Assembly (NCBI RefSeq): GCF_006345805.1
Contig: NC_043000.1
Span: 160,456,001 to 160,520,000 of the forward strand
Direction: 5' to 3'
DNA length: 64,000 bases
From: Octopus sinensis
Taxonomy: Eukaryota
A program made the translations under genes and the position numbers. Of the stretch, positions 14,360 to 27,521 are shown in pieces (within the stretch, counting starts at the first letter, position 1; every line of letters starts with the position of its first letter). Under the pieces are notes generated by a model, which worked only from the letters and a program-made list of their open reading frames with translations, had not been told where the DNA came from and did no database searches.

Positions 14360-14589
14360 CACCTTTCTTTCTTTCTCTGAGCATACCACGTCCTCGCGTT
14401 ATTGTTTCTTGCTTGTGTTTGCTCTTCGCTGTTTTTGGATTTATATAGATATATATATATGTATGTATATGATTTCTGAATGGAATCATTATTATCGCTT
14501 GGCCTGTTAAAGAGATGCGATCTTCGTAATGACTTTTGAAATAAATTAACGTATCCACTCCAATAAATATGTATGTTCAGTTTCATATA

Positions 14590-15655
14590 GTAGGAATGTA
14601 AAGATTATCCGCATTTTCGCCAAACCTTTCTTTGGGTTGGAAGCAGTGCCCTCAGCGCTCGCGTGCTGAAAGGTGGTACTCTGGTGGTTACATAACCGCA
14701 GTTTGACTCAAGTTCTTTTCTCAAGTAAATATAGGTGCTCCGCTTGCAGTGTGCACCAAAAAAAGAACTGAGATCAGTGATCAGATTCCTCTGGTCTGAA
14801 GTTGTGTCAGGGGTTGAAATTCATCGGAGACGTTCAGTACAGTACGAGAAGCATGAATGTCTAGAATAAGAGGTTAACTTGGCCGGAGAATCATGAACGA
14901 CAAAAAGGAAGTAGAGCATTAATCAACCTCCACCACAAACGTGAAGAACCCGCAAGCTCGAGGGACGGTTCTAGCTAAGTGACAAATAGGATAAGCGCAA
15001 TCGAGTGGAGATCTGTGAACGCTTATTTGACGATTACCACGATGAAAGCGAGAGACATAGTTCCATTACTTATAGCTAGAATCCAAAAGGTAGAGTGTGA
15101 GACGGAAACATCCGATATCGGCAGTAACCTTTTGCAGAAAAAGTGACGCTAAACGTTTATTCGAACGCAAAAGAGTCTATACTATTAGGTTACTTCGAAA
15201 CGGGGTTTTTACAGTCATCAGTATAGGCTACTGTAAAATGTTGACCGAAAAAATAAAACCAGCAAGTTTTATTAAAGGCTGAGGTCTATTGTCAAAGCAA
15301 GTGTTAACATTGTACGACAATGCACACACACACACACACCATTGAAACCATTAAAATATCGGCTTTCGAGTTGCTGGAACATCCTGCATACAATCCAGAT
15401 TTCACTTCTTCTGACCTTCATCTTTTTGAACCGATGAAACATGTTTCACGAAGTCGTGGATTTGCTACGTACAAAGAAGCAAAGAACGTGGTGTATTAGT
15501 GGCCGCGCGACCAGCCGAAAGCTATCTTTTTCGATAGAAGGAGAAAGTTTACGGAGAATATAGAACAAGAGTATAGAGAAGCATGGAAGGTATCTCAAAT
15601 AATACAGTACAGCCTACGCTTTCGTTTTAACAAATTGCGCATAATATTTGACAGA
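14590..15655 (+). mobile_element. Degraded mariner element
   Basis: C-terminal motif FELLEHPAYNPDFTSSDLHLF near 15365-15430; TIR-like ends AAGATTATCCGCATTT (about 14601) and AAATTGCGCATAATATTTGAC (about 15632-15652). Confidence 0.65.
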
Positions 15656-15821
15656 GTGCGCATAATATTTGACGTGTGTGTATTTGACATGCGGATGTGC
15701 TTTTGAGTCAAAGTTGTCTGCTCGCAACTTTATAGGAAACCAGAATAATTAGAAAGTATATGTTTCCAAACAACACAAGGTTGCGATGAGAGCTTGCATA
15801 AACACATACACACACACAGAT

Positions 15822-15950
<129 letters not shown>

Positions 15951-15970
15951 TACATAGATAGGGTATGTAT

Positions 15971-16131
15971 CAGGGGCGGCGGACTGAAAGTATCAAGAGC
16001 CTTCGGGCATAACTCTTTGCTGGCCTCCTCTGAATGTGTGTTTTAGTAGAATAAATATGTAGAGCGAGGGTACGTCATAGTTTCGGGCCCTAGTGTAGTG
16101 CCCGACTGAGCGACAGCTCAGTCCGTCCATG
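15971..16131. mobile_element. 161-bp MITE, probably hAT-type
   Basis: Termini CAGGGGCGGCGGACTG and CAGTCCGTCCATG are imperfect inverted repeats; 8-bp direct repeat GTATGTAT at 15963-15970 and 16132-16139. Confidence 0.6.
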
Positions 16132-16132
16132 G

Positions 16133-16183
<51 letters not shown>

Positions 16184-16454
16184 CCAGACAGATAGAGAAC
16201 AGCCTCTGACAGTTATTTTTCGTATTCACGATCATGAAATTATTTTTAAATACATAACATTTATAAAATAGCTTTTTATGCCGCCAGTTCTGATGCTGTA
16301 ATGTCAGCTACACACACACACAAACACACACACATACACACACACACATACATACATACACACACACAAACACACAAACACACAAACACGCATGCACTTA
16401 TATATCCATTCTATTAGATAAATACCTATGTATATATATGCATGTGTGTTTGTG

Positions 16455-16494
<40 letters not shown>

Positions 16495-17299
16495 TCACAT
16501 ATTGAGACACAGAAAACGATGTAGATAGACAGGTATATTGGCAGACAGGTGTGTTTGTATGTGTAATTTTGTGTGTGTATATATATATGTGTGTGTGTGT
16601 TTGTGGTGTGTAAATCGAAGGTGTATACCTGAATGTTATAACATTTCAAATGATAGATAAATGGCATGAATAGAAAATTGTGTTCAATTAAGTATTACAA
16701 ATCGTGCAGACATATATTGTTGTCTTCCTGTCCTCGGTTAACCTCGATTACGTCATAAATGACATTCAATAATTTACAGACGAATGACCTACCCTTTAAC
16801 CCTTCATGATGTTAGGTCATTTCTGAGTTTTCGAATTGCAAATGAAATCTAAATCTACATAGATGTGTTTAAATAGCAACAGATACAGACGCAATATACT
16901 GTTGCCGAAATATGGCTGCATCTAGGTGTTTGAATACATAGATAATGCATAATGCATATATATGTAACTATGGCGACACAAAGTTTCTGCAGCGTTACTG
17001 GTGATGTATTGAAGCTTGCAATAAATTTCTGTTGTAGCTGCACAATGCGTGTGTCATTCTTCAGCGAATTTTTCTTTCTACGCCTCTTTCATTTTCTCTT
17101 TCTTTTCCCCCACCTCTCTCTCTCCCTCTCTTGCTTACATACATATGCGTACATACATACACACACACACACACACATAGATAGAAAGATAGGTAGATAG
17201 ATAGAAAAAATAGATATACAGACATACAGACATAGATACGTACGTCTGCATATATGCTGATATATACATATATATAAATGCATATACACACACACACAT

Positions 17300-17342
<43 letters not shown>

Positions 17343-18108
17343 CATACTTATATAAATATATATATATATATATACATACACACATACATACATTCACACA
17401 CACACACATATATATATATATTATATATTTATATATATATATGTCTGTAGATGGTAGATGTGTGTTTTTGAACGAGTGTGCGTGTGAATACATAGCTTTG
17501 TGAATGAGAGGAAGGAGTCAAAGACAGCTAACGTATTCCAAACATCCAGTGTTAGCTTGCGAACATAAAGATCTTCGGCTCCAATTCCTTTATCCCTTCA
17601 CTGGCCACGCGATATAGCAGAGATTCAATTCTCGTGAAATCATTGTATCTGTCTAAGAGAGGTTTACTATTAGACGCCGCCGTTTCTCTGTATCACTGAT
17701 ATTCCTGCCGGCTTTGTACTGATATAATCATTTATGTGTTTTTATATATGTATATAAGAATAGATATATGTGTGTGTATGAATATGTATTTGTGTTTGTG
17801 TGAATATTTATATATGTCTATATATCTATATATACATATATATATATTGTATGTATGTATGTATGTATGTATGTATGTAGTATGTATGTATGTATGTATA
17901 TATGTATATGAACAAGCAAAACGTGTGGTATCCTTTCAGAGCATGTAATTTACAATTCAAACATAATTGCAGAGTTGTTAGAGTAAATATGGGATTAAGA
18001 AATAATGCGTAAAATCTCTTACAGCTGCTTGTACTATAGCTGTGCTTTTGATGCATAGGTCTCTCAGCTACTATTTCCATATAAGCCGACTATACATTCT
18101 TCAGAGAG

Positions 18109-18336
18109 GAAGAATTAAGGAATATTCTTAACACTGGATATTAGTTGTTACAAGCACCTTTGTCGAAGAATTAAGGAATATCCTAAGGAAAAGATAATAC
18201 TAGTTACCAGTTCCAATTTCGAAGAATTAATGAATATCATTAGAAAAAGATAATGAAAGTTACCAGTCTCATCATCGAAGAAGTAAGAAATATCCCTAGT
18301 AAAGGATGATAATATTTACCAGTTTCATCATCGAAG
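18109..18336. repeat. 56-bp minisatellite, four units plus the start of a fifth
   Basis: GAAG anchors at 18109, 18165, 18221, 18277 and 18333; core GAAGAATTAAGGAATAT; units are mutually homologous. Confidence 0.9.
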
Positions 18337-18699
18337 GGAGGGAGAGAGAGTGAGGAGGGAAGTGGTAACCAGGAATGGTACTGGATAATGACCCCAAGAA
18401 AAATAATGTGCTAGATATCCGAGGTGACACTTCAGTTGATCCACAAGATGTGTTCACTAAGCGCTGCACATATTTTCTTAAAAGGTGAATGAGCAGAAAT
18501 ACTAACAGGTATACAGGAGCAGTATATATCCTAACCAACGAGGAAAATTAGGGCTAGAAAAACGAAGATAGTGAAGGAGGTCGGAAATAGGTCCTTCACT
18601 ATAATCCTGAATGGTTTAAAGCATAATCATAAGTCTTAGAAACATTCTATCTTCGAAACAATGTAACGTAAACGTCGAGGAGAACCTAGTCATGAGAGA

Positions 18700-19720
18700 T
18701 ATGACGGACATGCCGAAGAAGTAGAAAGAGAATGTTGAAGAACTCCATCAGGATGATCTGGACCATATGTCATGCATCGTGATAGCAACGTTGACGGTAT
18801 GATGGTGCACTGCAGGTTATTAGAACAGTAAATTCTGAAAGCAGAAAAAGAAGATAAAGCTAACTTCTAGAATTGCAGATTGATGTGAGGGCTCTCAATA
18901 ATAAGATTCAAATGGAGAAAGTTATACATGTGGTTCAATGACTATAAAAGGGCCGTCAATGTAATCCGGTATTCTGCATATATTACGGTGACATAGATGA
19001 TAGTATGATAGGTATTCAGGGTGCAGTAGTGGATTTACTGTGAAGACTGTACATTTGTCAGTCAGAGGAGTGGATTAAAATCTTATTAACTGGTTTATTA
19101 CGAGGAAAAGAGTCCACCAAAGATGTCTTCTTTCGCATGTCTGCTCTTTCATTCATTCTGAAGTGTTAAAGAGATTAACAGATGATCTCAACTCGACTGG
19201 TGTATGCATCGTATTCGAGTGGCTGAATTAACTCCGTTTTGCTGATGATCGCTTCCTCACTATCTGAGTCTCTTACAATGATTAACTATGTCCAGTCTCT
19301 ATAGCAATGCAGATTGTGAATAGCAGTAATCGTCCGCAATCACCAACAAGGAAACCAGAAGCGATTACCATTAGATGCTAATTGGTTTTACGCAGAAAAA
19401 AAGATGATACATCTATGGCACGAGGGGCAAAACACTGAAAATGCTAGTGGAGTATATGTGATCGCTATGAGTAGCAAAGTAGCTTGTGCTTCAAGTCCAT
19501 AACCCTCGACTATAAGGATGAGAATATTCATCTATTCGTATAGAAGAGACTTCTATGTGATTAGTGAAAGAACGGAAAGGTACAAATATAGATTAAGTAC
19601 ATAGTACAAGCATGACAGCAAATGTAGTGAGTTGATTCCTCGCCCACATAAGTACAAGTTTGTGCTAAAGTAAATGTTAATAGATGCTCATTTAAGGCAG
19701 TCTGCAGATATTTACACCAC
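18700..19720 (+). mobile_element. Very old LINE RT remnant
   Basis: FADD codons at 19238-19249 and an upstream DYKRAVN (DxxKAFD-like) segment near 18939; heavily disrupted. Confidence 0.35.
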
Positions 19721-19777
19721 ATTAGGGTCTCATCAATTCAATCAGGATAACATAACCAGGAGCATGTGAAGGCAGTA

Positions 19778-19837
<60 letters not shown>

Positions 19838-19879
19838 AAGAGCGAAAAAACACTATGTGTCAGCCATATGCTAGAAGTA

Positions 19880-20080
19880 ACATTATTTTCTTTGTAGTTT
19901 GATCGCAGGTGATCTACTTCTAGCATATGGCTGACCACATAGTGGTTTTTTAGCCCTTTATATAAACACATGTATTGGAATTTTCTCTGATTCTTCAGAT
20001 TTTTGTATGCTAGGCTACTGGTTTTAAATTGATATTAATTAAATTAATATTCAATTTATCTCCCTCATTATTTAAATATA
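19880..20080 (+). mobile_element. Solitary diverged 3' end of the family C repeat
   Basis: TTGTAGTTTGATCG...CTTCTAGCAT and GAATTTTCTCTGA...TTTAAATTGATATT...TTTATCTCCCTCA match 31614-31795. Confidence 0.75.
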
Positions 20081-20149
20081 TATATATATATACATATATA
20101 CATATATATATATACATGCATACACACACACACACACACACACCACACT

Positions 20150-20233
<84 letters not shown>

Positions 20234-22010
20234 GTCACTGAAAAGTCATCAAACGCCCATTACACAAAACATGCTGATACTCCTGCAAATTCAACTACAC
20301 CTCATTATTGAAATGTATCTGATAGTTGAATTAGTGACATATAAATCTGCATTGAAGTGAAGCACCGTTGTAAATATGAAATGAGTGCTGTAGACTGTCT
20401 TTACAAATTATAGGCAACCGATAGCGTCCTGCATTAATCCACTTAGTTAATTTTCTATGTAGGAGGTATGGACCTTTCGAGTGAATACAAGAAATTAAAA
20501 TTAAATTTCATACATGCTTTTAAAACTCTTTATTATCCGATCTCTGAAAACCGCACCGAAAAAATGCAACACTCTCCATCAAGAATATAAAGCAAACATC
20601 TGTATACTTATTTGTTTTTTTACTGAACGCCAACTTCAGTAAAAGGCATTTCTCTTTTATGAATGGCTGCGTTTCTTGAAGAAGTTAAGAGGTAACACTC
20701 TGTTTGTTCTCCTTTGTGCCTTCCTCGCATGTTCACCTTCTTAATTTGATGGAATGGTTTACATACAAGTGGTTTAGTTAAATGTAGACGTTGGCAAAAC
20801 AAACTGCAACCAATATGGAATTCAACAAATATATGCATAGAGGAAGTTGATGAAAGATATTACAGATGAACTTGCTGTGAGTGAACCAATTATACTCAAG
20901 AAGATTCATTTCACTACTATAGAGCATCGTAAAATAAAATTTCAGTTAACACTAAACCTGAAATTCCAGTGAGATTTATTGGTAATATCTTATAAGATTT
21001 ACGAGCAACACATTTAATAAATAAGAAAAAACGAAAAGTCTAACTATCACCTTAATTCATTTTCAAAAGTGAACAACTTTTGCTTTAAAACTCGTGATAT
21101 GAGCTCCTTTATACATTTAGCTGTCGTTTTCTTTAAAAAAAAATTAATCTTTGACATTTCAGAAATGTATCTCAATGTTTAGCGTATGCGGCTACAACAA
21201 GTGAACAAACCCCCGAGGACTGCAAATGAATTGGTGGGCTAAAAGTTTGACATATGAAAATAGAGCTTATACTTTAACTTTACTTCCACCTAGCAAGTCC
21301 TAATCAACAACCAATGTTCTCTGCATTACTTAAGAACTCGTAATCCAAATCTGCAAATGTTTGGCATCCAAACTTCATGGCCCCCTTCTTAGTTTCAAGA
21401 TGGTCATCCGCAGCACTACACCCAAGCAAACGATACAGCTCTACTTGGTGTTTGCTCCGGCGTAAAACACGGATTGTGGTGTCTATTACAGTAAAAAACC
21501 TGATCGCTTTATTACAAACCTTGAACTTAGTGTTGTACAGTATAACAAACTTCAACACTTAACATTAGATAACACGTTTAAATATATTTTTAATCCCCAT
21601 CGTATATTCAGACTATCTTACATCACTATTTATATCCAGTAGTTACACACGTATCACCTCCAATTCCCACCTGAGCCATAAGTCACTAAGTTATCGTGCA
21701 CTGTCTTATCCCACTAATCCTTAAATAATAAAATAAGTACGTCATCAACTATTTATTGATTATCTATCGGGTTAATCTATTTAACTAATGGATTATAAGT
21801 TTGAAACATTTCTCTAAGTTCTCTGCAAAGTTTTCTTAACAAAAGTAACCATCGCATGTAACAGGTAACCTCATTCACCAATTACCTCTGTTATTATTCT
21901 GTTATCTGCGACATCAAGTTTGTGCACTGTATTCATCTTAGCTTAACTAGTAATTTTCACATTGTTCTCTTTCTCTCCGTTTCTCTCTCCCTCATCTTCC
22001 TCTATTTTCT

Positions 22011-22042
<32 letters not shown>

Positions 22043-22363
22043 TTCACATACACACAAGCTCGCACTCACTTGCGCTCAGACACGGTGAAGACACGTAAAA
22101 TATTAGAAATAAATGACTGAGGTAATCGAAAGCAACGATCATTAGCATTGAATGCCACAAGCGGCTTTTGTTAAGGGTTATTTGTGGGTCATTGGAATAT
22201 AACCAAGGATTAAAAGAGAATCAAAAACAATATGGCTGATAAAAAATTTCATTTCAAAAATATGTGTTATCGTGTTTACTTCTACGTAGCACAACGGTTG
22301 ACTTTTCTTTACAATAGTTCTGGGTTGGCTGATTCCTTTGTGAGTAAAGCTGGTATATAGAGA

Positions 22364-22761
22364 ACTAGCAGTATCGCCCGGCGTTGCTCGGGTTTGTAAG
22401 GGAAATAACTATATAAGCATTTTTAGAGAGTTATAGCCATAAAATAGCAAAAAAATGCATTAAAAATAGAAAAAAAATTATGGTAATTTTTTTTTAAATC
22501 GTTGACTCATCGTAGACATTTTTAGAGAGTTACTTCCCTTATATAATAGCGAAAAATGCATTAAAATGGAAAAAAATGATGGTAATGTTTTTTAAAATTC
22601 GTAGACTCATCGTGGACGCGCGCTAATACCCAGAAGGGCTCGATATGAATCACGACTATAAGATACCCGGTTTTGGTTAAACTGCACCGAAAAATGTGGG
22701 AGTAGTTAGGAATCTAAATCGTAGGAGACAGACACACAACTTGACTTTTATACATAAAGAT
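22364..22761 (+). mobile_element. Non-autonomous Helitron/Helentron-like element (HINE/Lep1-like layout)
   Basis: Begins ACTAGCAGTATCGCCCGGCGTTGCTCGGG and ends CTTTTATACATAAAGAT; no TIR; homologous to 33367-33881; internal duplication of about 99 bp. Confidence 0.7.
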
Positions 22762-23188
22762 ATGTGGAAACAGCTCATAGTGTATAGCACAACAAAGCAA
22801 AAACACACATACACTCACACAAACACAGCCTACCCCCACATACACGCACATGCTCAGCCTCATACACACACTCATAGTCGCAAACACAGACACAAATACG
22901 CGTGCGCACTTCCACGCACACATAAGGTGTACGTATGAATATGTTTCCCCACCTGTTGGCTAACTTCTAGCGACGGACAGCAAAAGAGACAGACAGACAG
23001 AAAGTGTACCTGACTTAAAATATATATTAAGGTCGATTTTTACAAGCAAATAATTCAAGCAGTTTCCCCTCTATGACCGCAGTCTGAAAGAGTAGACAGG
23101 TATACGTTTATATATTTGGAATGTGTATGATTACATATAAATGCATAAGCATATAATAATAATAAATAATAATATTAATAATATATAT

Positions 23189-23232
<44 letters not shown>

Positions 23233-23484
23233 AATAAAATAGGCACGTATGTATATTTATATCCATATGTATGTACATGCATACATACATACATACATAC
23301 ATAAATACATACACACACATACTCACACACACTCACACGAACACACACACACACATACATATAAAGAGACACAATAACAGAAGATGAAAATCTACAAAAT
23401 ATTTTTATTTATTTCCATCTATAAAAATATATTTAAATAAAACAAGGGCATAAATATTTTTATTATGTCTCTCTCCATTCCCCC

Positions 23485-23539
<55 letters not shown>

Positions 23540-23889
23540 GAGAGAGAGCGAGAGAGAGAGAGCGAGTGACATGTATGAAATTGTAGATACAAGATTATGT
23601 TGTCATATAAAAAAAATAGCTTCATAGAAAATAATTTTCACTGAAAAATATTAGTGCAGGTTTTCAAAAAATAAATTTAAAAAAACATGAAATTCTCATT
23701 TTAATAAAATGTTTTTATGTAAAAAGTTTTAGTGAAAAAGAGTTTGTGCAGGTTTGCCACAAAAGAATTTATACAGAAAACGGAAAATTGCATTTAAGCA
23801 ATGAGTTTGCAAAGTTTGCAGCTTATCAAAGTCCAAGTTTATTTCCAACGCAATTATTAATATCTCTCTCTTCCTCTCTCTCTCTCTCT

Positions 23890-24120
23890 ATATATATATA
23901 TATCTATATATATATATATCTATATATATATATATATATATATCTATATATATATATATCTATATATATATATATCTATATATATATATATATTATATAT
24001 ATATATATCTATATATATATATATCTATATATATATATATCTATATATATATATATCTATATATATATATATCTATATATATATATATATCTATATATAT
24101 ATATATATATGTACATATAT
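23890..24120. repeat. (TA)n array with periodic TC interruptions
   Basis: Directly visible. Confidence 0.95.
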
Positions 24121-24284
24121 ACGACGGGCTTCTTTCAGTTTCCGTCTATCAAATCCACTCACAAGGCTTTGGTCGGCCCGAGGCTATAGTAGAAGGCACT
24201 TCCCAAGTTGCCACGCAGTGAGACTGAACCCGGAACCATGTGGTTGGTAAACAAGCTACTTACCACACAGCCACTCCTGCGCCT
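24121..24284 (-). mobile_element. tRNA-derived SINE, 5' half only
   Basis: Highly similar to 10711-10873; ends in the TA array with no 3' half beyond it. Confidence 0.85.
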
Positions 24285-25222
24285 ATATGTGTGTATAATC
24301 TTTTATGTTTCATATTTCATATTTCACTTGGGTCTTTATAATTTCTAAGTAATTTTCATTGTTCATGTTCGCAGCTGTGAAGCTGAAACAATATAAAGAT
24401 TTATAGATTTTATATGTTTTTAGAGTTTGGGGGCTCGTTTTATTTCTAATTCTCAGACGGAGCTTATTGCACACTAAACCCAAATGCCGACTTAAAATTG
24501 CGACTTATATACACCTCCAGTTATAAAGATTTAGCAATATGCTACAGAAATAATATTTATTTTATTTTCGCTGATTCGAAACACTTAATCTTAATTTAAT
24601 TGTTAAATTTCTAAATCGTTTAAACTGAATACGTTATATATTCACCATAATCATTTTCACTTTCAGTCCTTTCATAGAACTGTTATTAATATATCATTAA
24701 TATTAATTCTCTGTCCATACATTTTACTCGTGTTCGAGTATTGCCATCACCTGATCGAAACTCCCACGTATGTGAAGGATACGACCAGCCATATTTACGA
24801 TAGGTCTTATATTTTGTTTCCAAGTGATATCGGTGTATGAGAATTTTTTATACTGGGGAACGATTTTCACACATCCAGTCACACTCTCTTAACATGGGCA
24901 AAATAAACTTGAAAAGAAGTACGAGTCTACATCATCGAATATTGTGGGTACCGCAGGTTTTCTCTCACAGTTTTCCATTCCTAGAGATGCTGTGACAACA
25001 AAAGAGGGATATTTCACTCCAAGTAGACCAACCGTGCACCTGGAAACAAACCCAGATATTTCCGCGTCCCCGTGCATAAATACATGCATACATACCTATG
25101 TACACATATTATTAGATAGCTGTTGACTGCTCCTGAGCTCCTCCGCCTTTTAAGAGGTCTTATTTTTCGTCCTGCATGATGTCCAACAATCACCTTTCTC
25201 ACCAAACAAACACTTGGTGAGG

Positions 25223-25253
<31 letters not shown>

Positions 25254-25277
25254 ATATGTATGTATGTATGTATGCAT

Positions 25278-25890
25278 GTATAAGGGGGATGTACACTAGG
25301 TTAACCTCCAATATGGTAATGTAGACCCCATATGGTGTGACCACTAAGGAAAATTGTTCTCAACAAATTTAGGCAAAAGCCAGAACGTAAACGAGCAAGA
25401 CATATGAAAGATACAAATTATAATGATTACTCATATACCAGGTTTCATTGTTACCATTTACATATTTACATACGTAAATATCCGCAGGTCATCAGTTCGA
25501 CCGTCATAGAGAATATAATTTGTAGAATGTACATGAGACGCCCACACGAAATAGTACATGCATACAGTTCTGTCAATTATATTTGGGGATATATTTCAAA
25601 TGTCTTCGTTTTGGCACGCCAAAGCCGAACATTTTGTATCTTTTCATTTGTTTTGCTCGCTTACGTTCTGGCGTTTGCCGAATTTTCTTGAGAGCATTTT
25701 TTCTTATTGGTCAGACCATATTGGGTCTACATTTAGCACATTGAATGTCCACCTGGTGGTCATCCCTCTTATATATTTGTAATACAATTTTTCTGGATCT
25801 TCCGATTTCTTCGATATCCTAGGCCAGTGGTTTAAGTTGATATTAATAAAATTAATATCAATTTTTTCCCTTATTTTTTAAATATGTATA
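25278..25890. mobile_element. Older family C foldback element with a degenerate hammerhead
   Basis: Imperfect inverted repeats 25278-25417 and 25633-25775; minus-strand CUGAUGA...GAAAC-CUG-GUA at 25431-25500; 3' end similar to 31700-31795. Confidence 0.65.
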
Positions 25891-25920
25891 TATAAACCTA
25901 GCTACTTCATTAATGTACAG

Positions 25921-25996
25921 TCCCTCCTTCTCCTCCTCCTCCTCCTCCTCCTCCTCCTACTTCTTCTTCTTCTTTTCCTTCTTCTTTTTCTTCTTC

Positions 25997-26028
<32 letters not shown>

Positions 26029-26045
26029 CTTCTTCTTCTTCTTCA
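25921..26045. repeat. Compound (TCC)n/(TTC)n trinucleotide repeat
   Basis: Directly visible. Confidence 0.95.
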
Positions 26046-26352
26046 TAACTTCTCCCTCCAACGTAATCTCTACCCTACTTATTTATTCCCTAACCTCAGC
26101 TTTAGTTTTTGTTTCCTCCCGATGTAAGCTTAGAAAATGACAAGGTCTGGACGATGCACAATGTGACAGCACACGTTGGATGCAAGTCTGACAAAGTGCC
26201 TCCTTAGTGTCTAAAGCAACAAACATTGCGTAAATTTTCACTTCGAATTTTTGCGTAAAATGGCGTTGCAAGTAGAGTTGGTTCAGAAGTAATTGTAACG
26301 AATTATTAAGGATCTGTTATATAATTTACTTTGTCTTTTCCTTTTTATTTGG

Positions 26353-26383
<31 letters not shown>

Positions 26384-26387
26384 TCAG

Positions 26388-26435
<48 letters not shown>

Positions 26436-26840
26436 TGATTTCGCTTTTGCAAGTGATATCAGTATTCTACTGTCAGAACTCGAGCATCACAACAATACGT
26501 TAGGCGATTACAGAGCTTAATATGATATATTTAAATAGAAAAAGGAACGGAGAAAATGTAATCAAGATCCTTAGCTTCCAGCTGTTTTTTTTTTCTTTTT
26601 TGAAACGGAGTGCACTCTGAGTGTGTTGCAGACAATCACACACACGCATAAAGGCTTGCGCGATTGGATGCATACGTGGGCGAGTGCATGCGTATAGGTG
26701 CGTGAGTTTACTAACTTCCTGAAATTAGAATATACATACACAAACACCACACACACAACACATACACACATATGCACACACACGTGCTATTACACACATA
26801 CACACTTGCGCGTACGCACACACACACACACACAAACGCA

Positions 26841-27118
26841 CACATACACCCTTCTCTTACACTCTCCTGCTTTAGAAATAGCTTTTTCTTCAACTATCCC
26901 CATCCGGTCATTTCAAAAGGTAACCACATGTGAATTGTCGATTTCTTTTTCTCCGTCTTCCTTTTCTATTAGACGTTCTTCTGTTTCTGATGAAGGGCTT
27001 TGCTCGAACCGTTAAACCATCGTTCTTTCCTTCCCTGTCCGTCTACTAATACTTTATATGTATCACGTCCTCGCGTTGTTTTTTTGTGTTTGTTGTTCTT
27101 CTTTTGTGGGGTTTACTA
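26841..27118 (+). mobile_element. Penelope-type pseudo-LTR, family A copy 2 (hammerhead core mutated)
   Basis: Alignable to 14171-14447; GUUU-CUGAUGA-A-GGGC-UUU-GCUC-GAAC-CG-UU-AAAC at 26983-27017 (GAAA changed to GAAC). Confidence 0.7.
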
Positions 27119-27475
27119 TATATATATATATATATAAATATATATATATAATATATATATAAAGTAAAGATTGTTTGCTAACGTGATGTGGCACTCCAGG
27201 TTAGGATGAATGTTACAGTTGTTTTAGCCCCTCGAAATATTGTCTCCAACTGGCTATAATACAGAAAACTGTATGCGTTTTTTTACAATATTCATTTTTG
27301 ATTGCAATAGCCGGTTCTTTTGATTAAACTATCGTATCTCCAGCTGCTTCAGATGTCAAGCTGTAAAAATTGTCAAAGTGTAGTACAACGGTTTTGCTAT
27401 GGAATGGTGAAACTATATTTTCGTTTTCTGAAAAACAACGTATTGGACTTACGACAATTCTAGATAATACCAACG

Positions 27476-27521
<46 letters not shown>

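Larger units (their letters stand above)
12591..14447 (+). mobile_element. 3' end of a Penelope-like element: GIY-YIG C-terminus, long T-rich and CA-rich tract, pseudo-LTR with hammerhead
   Basis: 12591-12770 translates VFGLALHHGSTLYRLRLEQRYIFSLQTL, resembling PLE endonuclease C-termini; HHR motif at 14325-14359. Assignment of all parts to one element is inferred. Confidence 0.6.

Noticed and set aside
18109-18336. CRISPR-like look of the 56-bp periodic array
   Set aside because: The would-be spacers are homologous to each other, the repeat is not palindromic, there are no cas genes and the context is eukaryotic.
20620-21562. Short ORFs as possible host exons
   Set aside because: No recognisable protein similarity and no consistent splice structure.
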